A stretch of 63,968 nt of DNA, the filler included, from Licmophora abbreviata (Eukaryota): the NCBI GenBank assembly GCA_900291995.1. It is 12 parts of 12 records of this genome, joined end to end, with 100 filler letters (N's around TTAATTAATTAA, not from the genome) between each part and the next. Parts side by side here need not be neighbours in the genome. Positions count along the whole stretch, not along the records: positions 23,582 to 25,752 come from OLMU01002080.1; positions 25,853 to 33,562 come from OLMU01002081.1; positions 33,663 to 37,512 come from OLMU01002082.1; 9 more parts are not named here. One strand, 5' to 3'. The position numbers and the translations under genes are program-made. Shown piece by piece: positions 23,482 through 35,353 of this stretch. Within the stretch, counting starts at the first letter, position 1. Every line of letters begins with the position of its first letter. A model generated the notes under the pieces. That model was not told the DNA's origin. It saw only the letters and a program-made list of their open reading frames with translations, and made no database searches.

Positions 23482-23581
23482 NNNNNNNNNNNNNNNNNNN
23501 NNNNNNNNNNNNNNNNNNNNNNNNNTTAATTAATTAANNNNNNNNNNNNNNNNNNNNNNNNNNNNNNNNNNNNNNNNNNNN

Positions 23582-23950
23582 CTCGTGCCTGGTAGTAGCG
23601 GAAACCGCTCTGGGTGTAGGGGCAGAAAGCAAGGACGGAGTAGGGGGCGGGGGGATGGTGACATCAATGGCGATGTACCGGGAAGGCGTGAGAGAGGTGG
23701 CCGGGAGGTATGTAGGAGAAAGTGTTACGCCGACGTCAGCCGGACGCGAGTTGGAGTCCGGGATGAGGTGGGTTGGTTCGGACACCACACAGTGATGAGA
23801 GGAAGTGTAACCAGCAACTGGACATAGTTTGCGACACAAAAGAGTAAGGGTGTCCCGGAGGGTGTGGTGTAAGGGAGATTTACTGGAGTGGCGGCACTGG
23901 AAGAGGTGGTCCCCAAGCGGGTCCAAACGGGTGCCACAAGTGGTTTCGTG
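23582..23950 (-). mobile_element. Non-LTR retrotransposon fragment: zinc knuckle plus restriction-like endonuclease (CRE/R2-type RLE clade)
   Basis: CGTRLDPLGDHLFQC...HHTLRDTL...EP...RPADV...AIDVT is the C-terminal motif order of RLE-bearing LINEs. The fragment lies at a contig edge. Confidence 0.75.
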
Positions 23951-24266
23951 TGACGACGGCGCGCGGCGGCGGCACACTCGATTTCATGACCGCGCGCCAT
24001 TACGCTACGGCGCGGACTTGCACAAGTTGCCTCGCGCCCGCCAGTCAATGTTTGAAACGGGGAGGATCATTGAGAGCTTGGTACGGCAAAGTGCAATGAC
24101 TATCGTCGGTTACACTACCTAGTATATCATGCAGTTGTATAAATCGACACATACAAAACGAAATCATATATCAACATACCAAATGATATGTTCTTCTGGA
24201 CGAAGAGGAGCATCTTTCCGAGCACTCCTCCTATTGAAGTCGTGAAGGGCAGTCTACTCTCGTCGA

Positions 24267-25385
24267 CTAACTCAACACTGTGCGGAACGGCGTAATCCAA
24301 TCTTCGACCCCGTTCGCCACCGTGCGAAAAGCCAAGCCGGTGGCATTCAGATCATTCAGAAACATCTGGTAGGATGCTCCGACGGTAGACAGTGTCATGC
24401 TTCCAGATTGATCGATGAACAAGCCGACATAGTCAATTCCGCCTACGGCAATGTTGGAAATGCCACAAATGTCGGCCCAGTCGGATGCCGAAGTCGCGAC
24501 ACCATTATCGCGGTTGACGATTGCGAACGTCGTCCTCGGATCTGTTTCGAAACTGGCCGGGCGGTACAGGCGAGAATTGCCTGGGATAGGTGGGTTCTGA
24601 GGCTGAAGAAGGCAGAAAGGACGGCTCGGATACTCTTGGCGGAAGAGGGACCAAAGGCTGTTAATAGTAGAGTCAGCGACGCTGCTTTCGTCGATGACAC
24701 CAATGCAAGGGCGGACATCATTGTTGGATTTGCACAAGCCATCCAGAATGTCGCAGCTCTCGTCTGGGTTTTCACACGAGGCGTCAGCACAAGGATTGGA
24801 GGAATCGCCACCCTGTGCCTCGTTTGTGTTCCACTTGAAGTCGCCTCGATCCAAACAAGTCAAAGCGTGGATAATGTCGCTCTTGTGAGGGTCCGGACCG
24901 CGATTGGTAACGCATCGCCCTTCGGGAGTCTTGAGGTACCCCGTAGTGTCTGCTTCCCACGCAAACTTGTTGATGGGGCTGGAGTCACACATGCCAAGAC
25001 GGATGCGAACGCCTTCAAAGGCATTGCCGCCATATCCTTGTTGAACACAGCGATTGCCATCCTCGATTGAGCTACGAAGAGAACCATCAGCTTCAAGTTT
25101 GAACAGCTGGTTCCTCGGTTTACCGTCCAAATCGCAAGGACGAAACCCAAGACTGGCGTCCTTCCTTGTTTTGGTCACCGTGAGGCACCACTTTGGGTCT
25201 TCGCGAATCTCTGAAATGAGCAAGTTGAAGCCGGTCAAGTCGATATCTTCGTCGTCCTCGTCACTGCTGCTTTCTCCTCCTCCTCCTCCAGTAAGCTCAC
25301 GTGGGTCGTCGCCTCGAAGCGATGCCGTGGTCACTGGAGTCGTCGCGAGGAAAAGAGAGATGGTGATGGCAACGGAGATTTTCAT
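24267..25385 (-). CDS. Secreted protein: signal peptide + RXL, ricin-B-like beta-trefoil, short Cys motif, C-terminal vWA-like domain
   Basis: MKISVAITISLFLATTPVTTA|SLRG..REL. Three WCL/RCV...C...QLF/FAW/FKW subrepeats. C-terminal VGLFIDQSGSM (MIDAS DxSxS). Intronless. Confidence 0.7.
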   Translation of the reverse strand: MKISVAITISLFLATTPVTTASLRGDDPRELTGGGGGESSSDEDDEDIDLTGFNLLISEIREDPKWCLTVTKTRKDASLGFRPCDLDGKPRNQLFKLEADGSLRSSIEDGNRCVQQGYGGNAFEGVRIRLGMCDSSPINKFAWEADTTGYLKTPEGRCVTNRGPDPHKSDIIHALTCLDRGDFKWNTNEAQGGDSSNPCADASCENPDESCDILDGLCKSNNDVRPCIGVIDESSVADSTINSLWSLFRQEYPSRPFCLLQPQNPPIPGNSRLYRPASFETDPRTTFAIVNRDNGVATSASDWADICGISNIAVGGIDYVGLFIDQSGSMTLSTVGASYQMFLNDLNATGLAFRTVANGVEDWITPFRTVLS

Positions 25386-26310
25386 AGTCTTCTTTCTGAA
25401 GAGAATGCCCATGGTGCAAGCAAAGAGAATCGCCGTGAGAGTGTTGTACGGGAGAAATATACTGTATCCATCTTAAACATCACAGTTGTCAATCACAGTT
25501 GTCAGCGAGCAGCCAATACAATCGGCAATGGCATGCACGTTTCACCGGCAACGACGAAGGGGCGACAAGAAGGAGAAAACGTACATTGTTTTTTCTTGGG
25601 TTGAGATCTCGGTCGTCAGAGCAGCTGGATCTTTCACTTTATGAGAACGGCGCTTGTAGTGGGCGGTTGCTCTTTGTTGTGGCTATGCAACCTGCTGGTT
25701 TGATGTTGGATCCGCGTCCTGGTTGTGGCTGGTCTTGGCTCATGTGGCTGCCNNNNNNNNNNNNNNNNNNNNNNNNNNNNNNNNNNNNNNNNNNNNTTAA
25801 TTAATTAANNNNNNNNNNNNNNNNNNNNNNNNNNNNNNNNNNNNNNNNNNNNAATCTTGCTTGGGCATGATTCCTGTCTTGCAAAAGTATATACTATTCA
25901 TACGAATGCAACTGCGTATCAGGCACCGATTACATTATACTATGATTCATGACTATAGGTTCCGCTTGATCCGCGTCATGGCATGGTCTTGCTCGATCCT
26001 ATCTAGATTCCATTCATGTGAGCTTCAAAAACGTCACAACGTCACTTTGAAAATCTACATAGGGCCCGGTTCGACTCTTTCGTCACATTCAGAATTGACC
26101 TCTTTCATCTTTTCCCTCACAGCGCTGAGCACGACGAAGCACGGGACAGGAGCAAAAGGCGACGAGCTGATACTGAAGAGACACTGTGACCATGTTGGAG
26201 AAGCCGTGGCGCCGTTTCTGCTGAGTTTGAGATGGACTAGCATACTACAATGTTCTCTGCCGTAAAATGAGGTCGAAGCGAAGCTAGGAAGATAAAAAAC
26301 ACAGGAGATC

Positions 26311-29265
26311 ATGAGAAGACACATCATGTGGATGTGTCTCGTTGGGCTTTCTTTGGTTGATGTCGCAGCCTTCAGCAAAGCATTCTTGTTGACCAGCTGC
26401 AAAACACGTCGAAATAGACCTCTCAGAGAACATCCAGAGGATAATGTAGATGAGCAGGCTTCTTCCAGGCGACGAAATATCCTCTTTTCGCCAGCCGCAG
26501 CGGCGGCCTTTGCGGCTTCCGGACTCACGCCTGTGGTCCCTGCCGAGGCCACTCCCCCCGCACAGGAACCGCAGTCATCGTCGTTTTTCAAACCAGTCGT
26601 TCCCTTCTCGACTCGATGCCAATACAGACAGATTTCTCTTGCCGGCAATGGCCTTCGCGTTCTGCTTGTGAACGACAGGCAAGCATTTCGTGCCTCTGCG
26701 GCTCTAAGCATTGACAGTGCGGGACAGTTTTCTGAGCCACCGGAAGTACCAGGACTAGCACACTTGCTCGAGCACATGGTGCTCTCTTCATCTACAAAGG
26801 GAAAATCATTTCGTACAGAAGAACGCGACTTTGAAGATTGGCTGTCGGACAACGACGGTGCTTCGAATGCCTTCACAGCGGCTGGCAGCGTGTGCTTTCA
26901 TTTTTCGAGTCCGCCCCAGGTGTTCGCTGACGCTCTAGAACGCTTTGCAACGTTGTTTGAGCAAGAGGCAGTCGAAAAGGTTTGCCAAAATGAAGCTACT
27001 ATCAAGCGAGAGATTCGCCGTGTCGATGCTGAGCTGGATTTCAGCAGCGAAGCTACCCAAGCGTTTTATCTTTCTAAAGACGTCATCAATGCGGAACACC
27101 CATTTTCACGATTCGGGGCGGGCAACCTTGAGTCACTTGAGAAGACACCGAAACGACGAGGTATTAACGTTGGGGAAATGCTGGTTGAGTTCTTCGGGTC
27201 TCACTACCTGCCATCGCGAGCTGTTCTGGTCGTAGTCTGTCCAGTTGATCTTGCAACGCTTGAACGGTGGGTAACTCCATTTGCCTCCACTCTATCTCGT
27301 CGCTTTATCAGCAGGACAGACGAAATATCCGATACCCCGTCATGTCCTGACCCGTTTCCGATTCGTTCGAAGTTGGCACAGATGGTATTATTTCGAACCA
27401 AAGCTGAGTCGCCGCTGATGAAGGATATGGAGAAACTTTCGTTTGAGTGGCCACTACAGATCGACTACGCCGGAAGACGACGTGAAGGTGTGCCCGTCAT
27501 TAGCGCCCCTGCGATAGGGTGTATAATATCGCAGATTCTTGCCAGACGTGGACCGGGGAGTCTCTACCTCTTCTTGTTGAGGCGCGGATGGGTGCCAAAG
27601 AACACTCAGGGTCTGCCTCGAATCACGTTTCCGGTCGATTTGTCTGGGTTTCAAATGATGAAACTCGACATCGGACTTACCCTCGACGGTTTTGCAAATC
27701 GCTCCGCTGTCATCGCAGCCGTGTACGATAGTATTCGCAAGATTTCTCGTGTCGGTCAGCCTGCCAAGTCATTTGTGTTGCCTCGAGAGCTTCTGAATCA
27801 ATACGTTACCGTGGCCAGACTCCATGGATATGTGTTGGCACCACGGCCAGCGGATGCGGTAGAACTTGCAATCGATGCTCAGACGTATGGTCTCAGTGAG
27901 ACGTCGGGAATCGGATCACTTGCGTCTTGGCCGATCCTTCCGTCAACGGAAGAAACCTCAGTGATGAGTGATCTACGGCAAGCCGTTGCCGATACATTGG
28001 AGGTGATGCATGATCCCACCCGAGTCATTATCTTGATCACTGCCTCGAACAACGCGGTCGACAGGTCTAGCTTTGTAGACGAAAGCCTCCCTCCTGTCTC
28101 CTCCTCACGATGGGTGACGGAGCCCTCCACAGGTGGTCGATACTTGGTAGAGTCGGGAACATCCAAGTTTCCGGGCTATGTCGAGGCGTGGGTGACTGCC
28201 AAACTTGACGAAGACGAGTTGCTGCCTCCTATGCTGAACCCTTTGATCCCGCCGGTAATACGTCCTCCTCGACCAGTAACTGAAAGGTCGTCATCTGACG
28301 GCGGTCAACGTGTCTTCTATCGAGAGAGTCCCGGCGACACAATATGGCGAGAGTTTCTTGCTCAAGCTCCAGATCGAGCAGTTGATGGGTCCTCGTGGGA
28401 AGACCGCACACTCGCTTCGTTGATCGCTCCCAACTGGAAGCTGTGGCTCTCACCTGGCATAGCTTCATCGTTTCCGCATCTTGCTTTTCCCGTCGGCCCG
28501 ACTGAGCCTACTCCCAGGTCCGCGTTCGTGTTGCAGCTTCTTTCCGCTCGTCCAGCACGGGCGAACGTGAAGCAGGCGGCGTCTGCGCAGCTTTGGATCA
28601 TGTCGTTTCACAGCGCCGTATCAGACCTTGTAAGTGGGACACAAAATGCCATTTCCCATTATTGCTTGCCACAAGAGAATTAACATTCTGTTGCTACCGT
28701 GCACCAGGCGGAGCTTGGAGCTCCGGCAGGTCTAGCGTACGACTTTGAGTTTAACAAGTTCGGGTTGCGCCTCTGTTTTCTCGGTCTCAGCCAGAATCTT
28801 CCTTCGTATGTGCGGCGTCTTTCTCGTCGCCTTGTCCAGCACCACAGGAGGTTGCTGCAAGCCACATCTAGCGCATACAGTTCATCGGTTGTTGAACTTG
28901 CAGTCGGCGAAGCAAATCGAGCCACCACGCTTTCCCCTTTTCGAAAGCGCCAACTGGTTGGCGCAATTCGAGATACGGCCATAAGCGAGGTAGCCTCTGA
29001 AGGCCTCTCGTTTCTAAGGTCGTCATCCGGCGGCATCTGTCTCGCCCAAGGTGATCTTTTGCCAAAAGAAGCAGTGGGGCTAGTCAACGATGTACAAAGA
29101 ATTTTCGATGACGTAGCGCCAGTCGGTGGATTCGGAGCGGCGGCGGCAGTACCGTCAGTCGACGAAATTATATACAAACCGTTTTGGAGACCACGAGGGG
29201 CATCCCCCTGTCTGCTCCCTGGCATTCCTCTGATATCTAATCCCTGTGGCCGTATTCAGCGTTAG
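26311..29265 (+). CDS. M16 (insulinase/IDE-like) zinc metallopeptidase, plastid-targeted (exons 26311-28629, 28708-29265)
   Basis: NGLRVLLV, GLAHLLEHM (HxxEH), GASNAFT and HPFSRFGAGNLESL. Leader ...VAA|F. GT-AG intron at 28630-28707. Confidence 0.88.
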
Positions 29266-29323
29266 AAAATGCCAGTGTAATAGATAAGTATTGTTTTAGG
29301 TCCTGTTCGAAAACCCTAGAGAA

Positions 29324-31706
29324 CTATTTTGGTTTAGGCCTTGGCTTGATGGGAATGGGGGCTGGAATATTCGCCTTCTTTTTCGATGCAGTACTAGTCA
29401 CGGTCGCAACAGTCACATCAGTCATATCCTGCTTTTCTTGAGCTGTTGTAACGAGGCGTATCCGCTCTGTAGTGAATTCAAGCGTTTTCTGCCGAATGAT
29501 TCCAGTCAATTTCCGAAGAAGGCTAGTGTCTTGAGCACATAGAATCGTCAGCTGTTTCACGGCATAGTCGGACAAAGGCTTTTCGCTGGTGAGTCCAGCG
29601 AGCTCCTCGGTGCAAAGAAGTTGTGCTTTCTCGCCTGATGACAAAATCGATTGCTTTCTATCCTTCTCCGAAGCCGCTTTCTCCTCGTCGCCCCAAGTTC
29701 CGTCGGAATCTTTGGCATCGTTCGTGTCAGCATTTGATTTTGGCTTGTTGTCCAGCCAATCCTTCGCCCTTGTTTCGGCAGTCTTTACTGCATCGACGAG
29801 TTTGTGGAAGTCTGCCAGGCGATTGCGCGTTGCATAATTGGTTCGTGCTTTCGCACAGCGATCCGGTGCATGCCTTCTGATCCCTCCAGGCTCTTTACCA
29901 ATAAGTATCCAGTGCATCGAGTCGAAGGTGGCTTCAAGACGACTAAGCTCCAAACCCCAGTTCCTTTCTAACTCTGTGACGGGGACCACGTATCGACGAA
30001 CCGGAGACTCTTGTTCAGGTCTTCTCGGCTGTCGATGGTACGTCAGTCCCGGTGCAGAGAGCGGTTTTGATGGAATCTCCTGTTCGCCAACTTTCCCAAA
30101 CGCCAGAGCGCCCCAAGGATTTGTTGAGCCGGGAATCTTCATTGGGGTTGCGTACGAGGACGGCGGTAAAAACACGTCGACTCCCTCCGCCGCGGCCTCG
30201 GTGGCCAGAGCCGCAGTAGCTTCTACATTCGGTAGGTCAGTTGGTAATGCAGACGAAACGGGCGCTGGTGTAGGCTTTTTGCCGCCTCCAGCTCCAGCCG
30301 ACACGCGATTCTGATCGCCCATCATTGCCATTCGTCCCATAAGTCGCGACTGCTCTTGTACAGTGGCAGCCGTAGTTGCCTTGGCCTTGGCCTTTCTTCG
30401 TCGTCTCGCCATCAGGCGAGTTCGTTCCGCATTGCCTTCGACGTTTTGGCAATCAAGGCATTTACAACTTACAGTGCAGAGAACAGATGCGTGAAAACAC
30501 TCGCAATACTGAGGGAGGAGAACAAAAGAAATCACCTTGAGGATTAGCGAGCTAGCTGACATTTGGAAGGAAAACAAACAGTCGCAATACGGAACCTGCT
30601 CTCGCCTCACCTTTTTCAAACAACGAGACTTTTTGCAATTGCAACCGTTCTTGGCCGGAGTGCTGGTCAAGAACCTGTATGGGCTAAGGTTGGATGTTCC
30701 CGTGCCAGTACTCAGCATCGAGAGTCGTGGTCGAAAGGCGTTGTGGTTCTTGTGAAGTAGGTATTCTACAGCATGGTTGCGATCCGACGAGTAGTCAATG
30801 TTGTTCTTGCAATCTTGGCATCTACAAACTGATGTACAATAAATGGCCGATTGGAAGCAATCCTACGTTGGGAGGAAATGACAATAGTTGCGAGTATTGA
30901 TGTGAGAGCGCGATGTGTTGGCGCGTGCAACACGGTACTCGAAAATTCACTGATTCAATAATACTTACACAATACAGCTTCAAGCAATTCGATCGTTTGC
31001 AGTTGCACTGCTTGAACTTTTCAATCTGATCGCGCAATCCTCCAATAACATGAGGCCGCAGAGGCATGACGGGGATACTATCCATTTCTCGTTTACGTTG
31101 CAGCAAAAGTTGTGGGGCGTACTCTCCGGCTGGATCCGGTACAGGCGGAGGTGACCGACGAAGTCTCGTTGGTGGCCCTTGTTGCTGTTGTTGCTGCTGC
31201 TTTTGAGACTTGCTTACTTTTCGTTGTGGCTTGGCTTTGGATCGTTTTGGAGGTCCCGTGCGAGGCCCGGGTGCATTCCAGGCGTTCGCACTAGGAGGCC
31301 TACCTCCATGTGGAATCGGGTTCGGAACATAATAGGGAGGCATCATTCTGGGCAAGGGAGTAGGATAGATTTTCTTCGCTGGAGGCGGGGCGCCGGATCC
31401 CTCATTGCCAGTCATTGGAGACCTCGCTCTCTTTTGTGGAATGAGAGTACCGTGCTGTGATGCTGCAGGTGGTGGCGGCGAACCGTAGGGCATTCCGGGC
31501 CCGGGGTTCAAAACTGGGGTCCTTCTCCCCGTGGGCTGCTTGGAAAACTTTTGATACAGAGCACTCACGGGTGAAACTTCAGGCTGACTGTGGGTTGCTG
31601 CTGCTTCCGATCCATACGGTGTCTCCGCCGAAGCAGAAGCACCGTCCTGAGATTCCGGGGCAGGGATCTTCTTGCTGTCATCGGGTGCATGATTGCTGTT
31701 GTCCAT
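29324..31706 (-). CDS. Tesmin/TSO1/LIN54-like CXC (CRC) domain transcription factor (exons 31706-30969, 30862-30611, 30508-29324)
   Basis: Spliced product gives CNCKRSNCLKLYC|DCFQSAIYCTSVCRCQDCKN, linker KNHNAFRPR, and GCNCKKSRCLKK|YCECFHASVLCTVSCKCLDCQN. Confidence 0.9.
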
Positions 31707-31918
31707 TCCAAAGTTCACCCCTTTCGACACTGCACACTCTGGACACACTTCAGAAAGTCAACGACGAGACAAGAACAAGCGCAAGGTAGTGTGGTATACA
31801 CACAAGCGAGATTGACAGCGACGACGACGAGAGGCGTTTGTATGGCTCTTCGCCCGCGCGCCGAGAGATTTAGTACAAACATCGGAAGTGCGTCTGAATT
31901 GCTTTTAGCTTTCGTTGC

Positions 31919-31937
31919 GCGGGAACCAGCGTTTGAA
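31919..31937 (+). promoter_or_regulatory. Candidate E2F site (GCGGGAA) followed by a CHR-like TTTGAA in a divergent promoter
   Basis: gcgggaaccagcgtttgaa. The motifs are short and could be chance matches. Confidence 0.3.
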
Positions 31938-32145
31938 AATCGTAGACAGAGTGACACGGGGAGATCGAAAAAAGCGCGCGCCCAAGATCTTCAACCTGCG
32001 TAGGACGCAGTAGAAAACCTACGCGACGATGTCAGCCGAACCACCATGACACCTGTTTCTTGGCACCCGTTTGCAGTGAGAAAGACAGAACAGCGCGCGC
32101 CACACGTTGAACGTCGGTGTGTGAGTGTTTTGGCGACGCTGGACC

Positions 32146-34073
32146 ATGGCTTGGATGCGGTGTCTCGTGCTTCTGTCACTCTTTCCGTTGGCTGTGGCGT
32201 CATCCCGCAGTGCCACGCCTCCTCGAGGAAGGACACAGAGTAGCTCGAGAAACTACCGACAATGGTCGGCGTCCGGTACAGCCAACGCCGCTCGTCGCGG
32301 GCCCACTCACGACGGCCGAGGTCGTCCATCGAAGCATGACGACGGCCACGGGACTCGTCCACGACGGAAAAAGAAGAAAAAGAAACGCCGTCGACCCAAG
32401 GCCAAGACGGACTACTCCGTTGGCCGAGGAGATCCCATGGACTGGTCCTCGTCCTCCTGTGTCCCGACCTTGGTGTATTCTGACGCTGAGCATGAAGAAA
32501 GCGTGCTTTCAGCATTGGCCAGGGTAGAAGAAAGCGACCAAGAGGAGGAACAGGATGATGACGTTGCGGAAGAAGCTTGGAAAGAGCGGAGTACCAAGAA
32601 AACTCAACATATGGCGTGCATCGAAAAGGAGGCGACTTCGGTGGCCGCCGTACACAAGACTGTCGATACAGAGACAACTGGCGAGGACAACAACATGGCA
32701 CACGACGACATTCCTGAACGGCACAGTATGGACCATACAGCTCTCAGAACAGCTCAGGCTCCGTCGACATCAGGAGTGATCCACCACACAGAACGGGTGG
32801 AGAGCGTTACGAAGCTTGAGGCCAGTTCAATTCAGCGACTCCCCAGGCATCACGATCTGGGAGTCCACAAACCGCCGTTCCTTCCGCGACGCAGCCTGTC
32901 ATACGCCACATTCGACCGTCAGTTTCGCAGGCACCTACTTACGCATCGCCTCATCGACACGCAACGACGAGCTCTCCTCCAGTTGCTTCAATTTCTCAGC
33001 CCCGAGGTGCGATGCCGTCTTTCCCGACTCGAGCCGTTCCTGATAGTGCCTCTTACACGGCAGCAGCGGCGGCTACTACTCCTTGGGCGCGACGCTTCCT
33101 GTCGACACGTCCACGAGATGCACTTCTCCCTGTACCACGCGAATATCTCTCGGATGGGTTCAACTTGGTCCAACTTGCGCCGATTGTCGAGCGCATTGCC
33201 GCCATGGACGCAGGGTACTCCGCATGCCGTGGTCACGAACAACAGCAACACAAAAGGATGGCAGACAGACTATCACTATCCCTTATTCAAAGCAGCACTT
33301 CGATTGATTCTACAAGAAGAAGAACAAGAAGAGCTGTCGCTGGTTCCTGTGACGGTACAGAGAGCTGCGGAAGCCTTGTACTCGCTTGTGCATGCGCGGT
33401 ACATTATTTCGCCACGAGGACTGGATACTGTTCGACGTGCCTTTTTGGGAGGCCTCAACGGGACGGTGGAGCCGGTCTTTGGCAAATGCCCGCGCATTTC
33501 GTGTCGAGGAATGCCATTGATGCCTCTGGGCGACTCGGACAATTACGATTATATGGGTCAGTNNNNNNNNNNNNNNNNNNNNNNNNNNNNNNNNNNNNNN
33601 NNNNNNTTAATTAATTAANNNNNNNNNNNNNNNNNNNNNNNNNNNNNNNNNNNNNNNNNNNNTACGATTATATGGGTCAGTCCAGTACCCGCGCCAAACG
33701 AGTATGTCCGTGCTGTCAAGAGGTATGTTGGGTGGTTGTTGTGAAGCGCTGCTTTTGTTGCGCATGCATGCCGCCGGTTGACTTACGCTACCTCGCCTGC
33801 TGCTCCTCCGTCCTACAGAAATTTTACATGTGGGATAGCCGTAGCGACGAGAGCGCCTGGGGGCGCTCGTTCTGTCACTTGTTCCTCATGACGTATGGGA
33901 GTGAGATATTTCTGGAGCTGCTCAAGGCCCGACGAGATAAGGCTGGTGGTAGCGCGGCAGCTTTCAGGTCGGTTCCACATCGATCCACAGTTTCACCGAG
34001 CATCTTTGGGTTCCAAGTGCATCCTGGATCGAATCTTCGATACCCCGTACCGGTTGAAATAGGCTCGAAATGA
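32146..34073 (+). CDS. Casein kinase II beta-subunit-like protein with long N-terminal extension (frameshifts at ~32915 and ~33220; spans gap; intron 33723-33818)
   Basis: PWARRFL...VPREYLSDGFNLVQL, AAEALYSLVHARYIISPRGL, FGKCPRISC...PLMPLG, CPCCQE, AWGRSFCHLFLMTY and PSIFGFQVH appear in CK2-beta motif order. Confidence 0.75.
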
Positions 34074-34357
34074 AAAAAATCGGCGGCTTTCAGAGGTGGA
34101 TTATGTTTAAATATATACTGGGATTCTATTTTCTAGTGGCGCACTCTTCTTAATGACCTACTCGAGTACGGTCCATCATTCTACAGTTTTAGTGTTAGCG
34201 CCGCCATACTCGAGGTGGATCAGGCAAAGTAGTCGCGCGGGCTCAACGCCGCGATGATTGATGCTGAGAGCTCGCGCAAAAAAAGCGAGAACAGTTTGGA
34301 CGACGAAAGAGTCAACACACACACATTGTGTTGATGACGACCATTCGAAACGAGACG

Positions 34358-35353
34358 ATGGCGACCCACAGCGACACGAATCCTCCTCCGGAGGATCTTG
34401 CGTCTTACTACGTCCCTGCTCCCATGCCGTTGCTGTCAATTTCTAGTGAAGAAACCATTCAGAAGTGTGCCGCCTTGGAACTACGCGCGTCGGACTGCTT
34501 CATCTGCTCGTATCCCAAGAGCGGCACGACATGGACTCAGCACATAGTCCTCTCACTGCTCTTTTGTCATCTATCCAATAAGTTCCCTGACCACGGTATT
34601 CCACCCTACAATCATGTGTCTGACTATGCCCCATTCTTTGAGATTGACGCTCATTGGCAGGGAAATGAGTTGTCATCAAGCATTCTACAGAGACATACTC
34701 GCATTGGACGAAGAATCTTCAATACACACTTGCGATACAATATGCTACCTTCCACAGGGGAGGGAGGAAAGTTCATTTACATAGTAAGATCACCCCTTGA
34801 TGCATGCGTAAGCTTTTTTAATCATTTATCAAACCAAGTTGAGGGCGGATACGACAAGTCGTTCGACGACTTCTTTCTCGCGTGGATGGACGGGACAATA
34901 CCCTTTGGATCATGGACTGACCATGTGATGTCGTACACGCCTGCGTTCTCGATCGGACAGGGAGCTCAGGTGACGCAACTGGATCGTCGACAATTTCTGC
35001 TGCTATCGTATGAAGAAATGCTCGATGGGTTGCCAGCCGTTCTGGACAAAATTGTCGCTTTCTTGGACCTTGACGTGATGGAAGAACAGCGACAAGAACT
35101 GCTACCAACGTTTTCGTTCTCCCACATGAAGGCGAATCTTGAGCGGTTTCAGCCTCAAAGTGTAAATTGGAAGAAAGACTTTTCATTCCTGCGCAGAGGC
35201 GTTTCAGGCGATTCGTTTTCCGTTCTTACGGATGAACAGCGGGCACTCTTCCGGAAGTGGATTGCCGCATCAGGGTTCAGCACCGTCCTCCAAAACAGAC
35301 TACGCAGTTCCAATCCAGAGGTATACAATAGGATAAACAGTCTATTGGAGTGA
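34358..35353 (+). CDS. Cytosolic-type sulfotransferase (Sulfotransfer_1)
   Basis: 5'-PSB SYPKSGTTW, 3'-PB YIVRSPLDACVS, and C-terminal FLRRGVSGD. Confidence 0.9.
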   Translation: MATHSDTNPPPEDLASYYVPAPMPLLSISSEETIQKCAALELRASDCFICSYPKSGTTWTQHIVLSLLFCHLSNKFPDHGIPPYNHVSDYAPFFEIDAHWQGNELSSSILQRHTRIGRRIFNTHLRYNMLPSTGEGGKFIYIVRSPLDACVSFFNHLSNQVEGGYDKSFDDFFLAWMDGTIPFGSWTDHVMSYTPAFSIGQGAQVTQLDRRQFLLLSYEEMLDGLPAVLDKIVAFLDLDVMEEQRQELLPTFSFSHMKANLERFQPQSVNWKKDFSFLRRGVSGDSFSVLTDEQRALFRKWIAASGFSTVLQNRLRSSNPEVYNRINSLLE

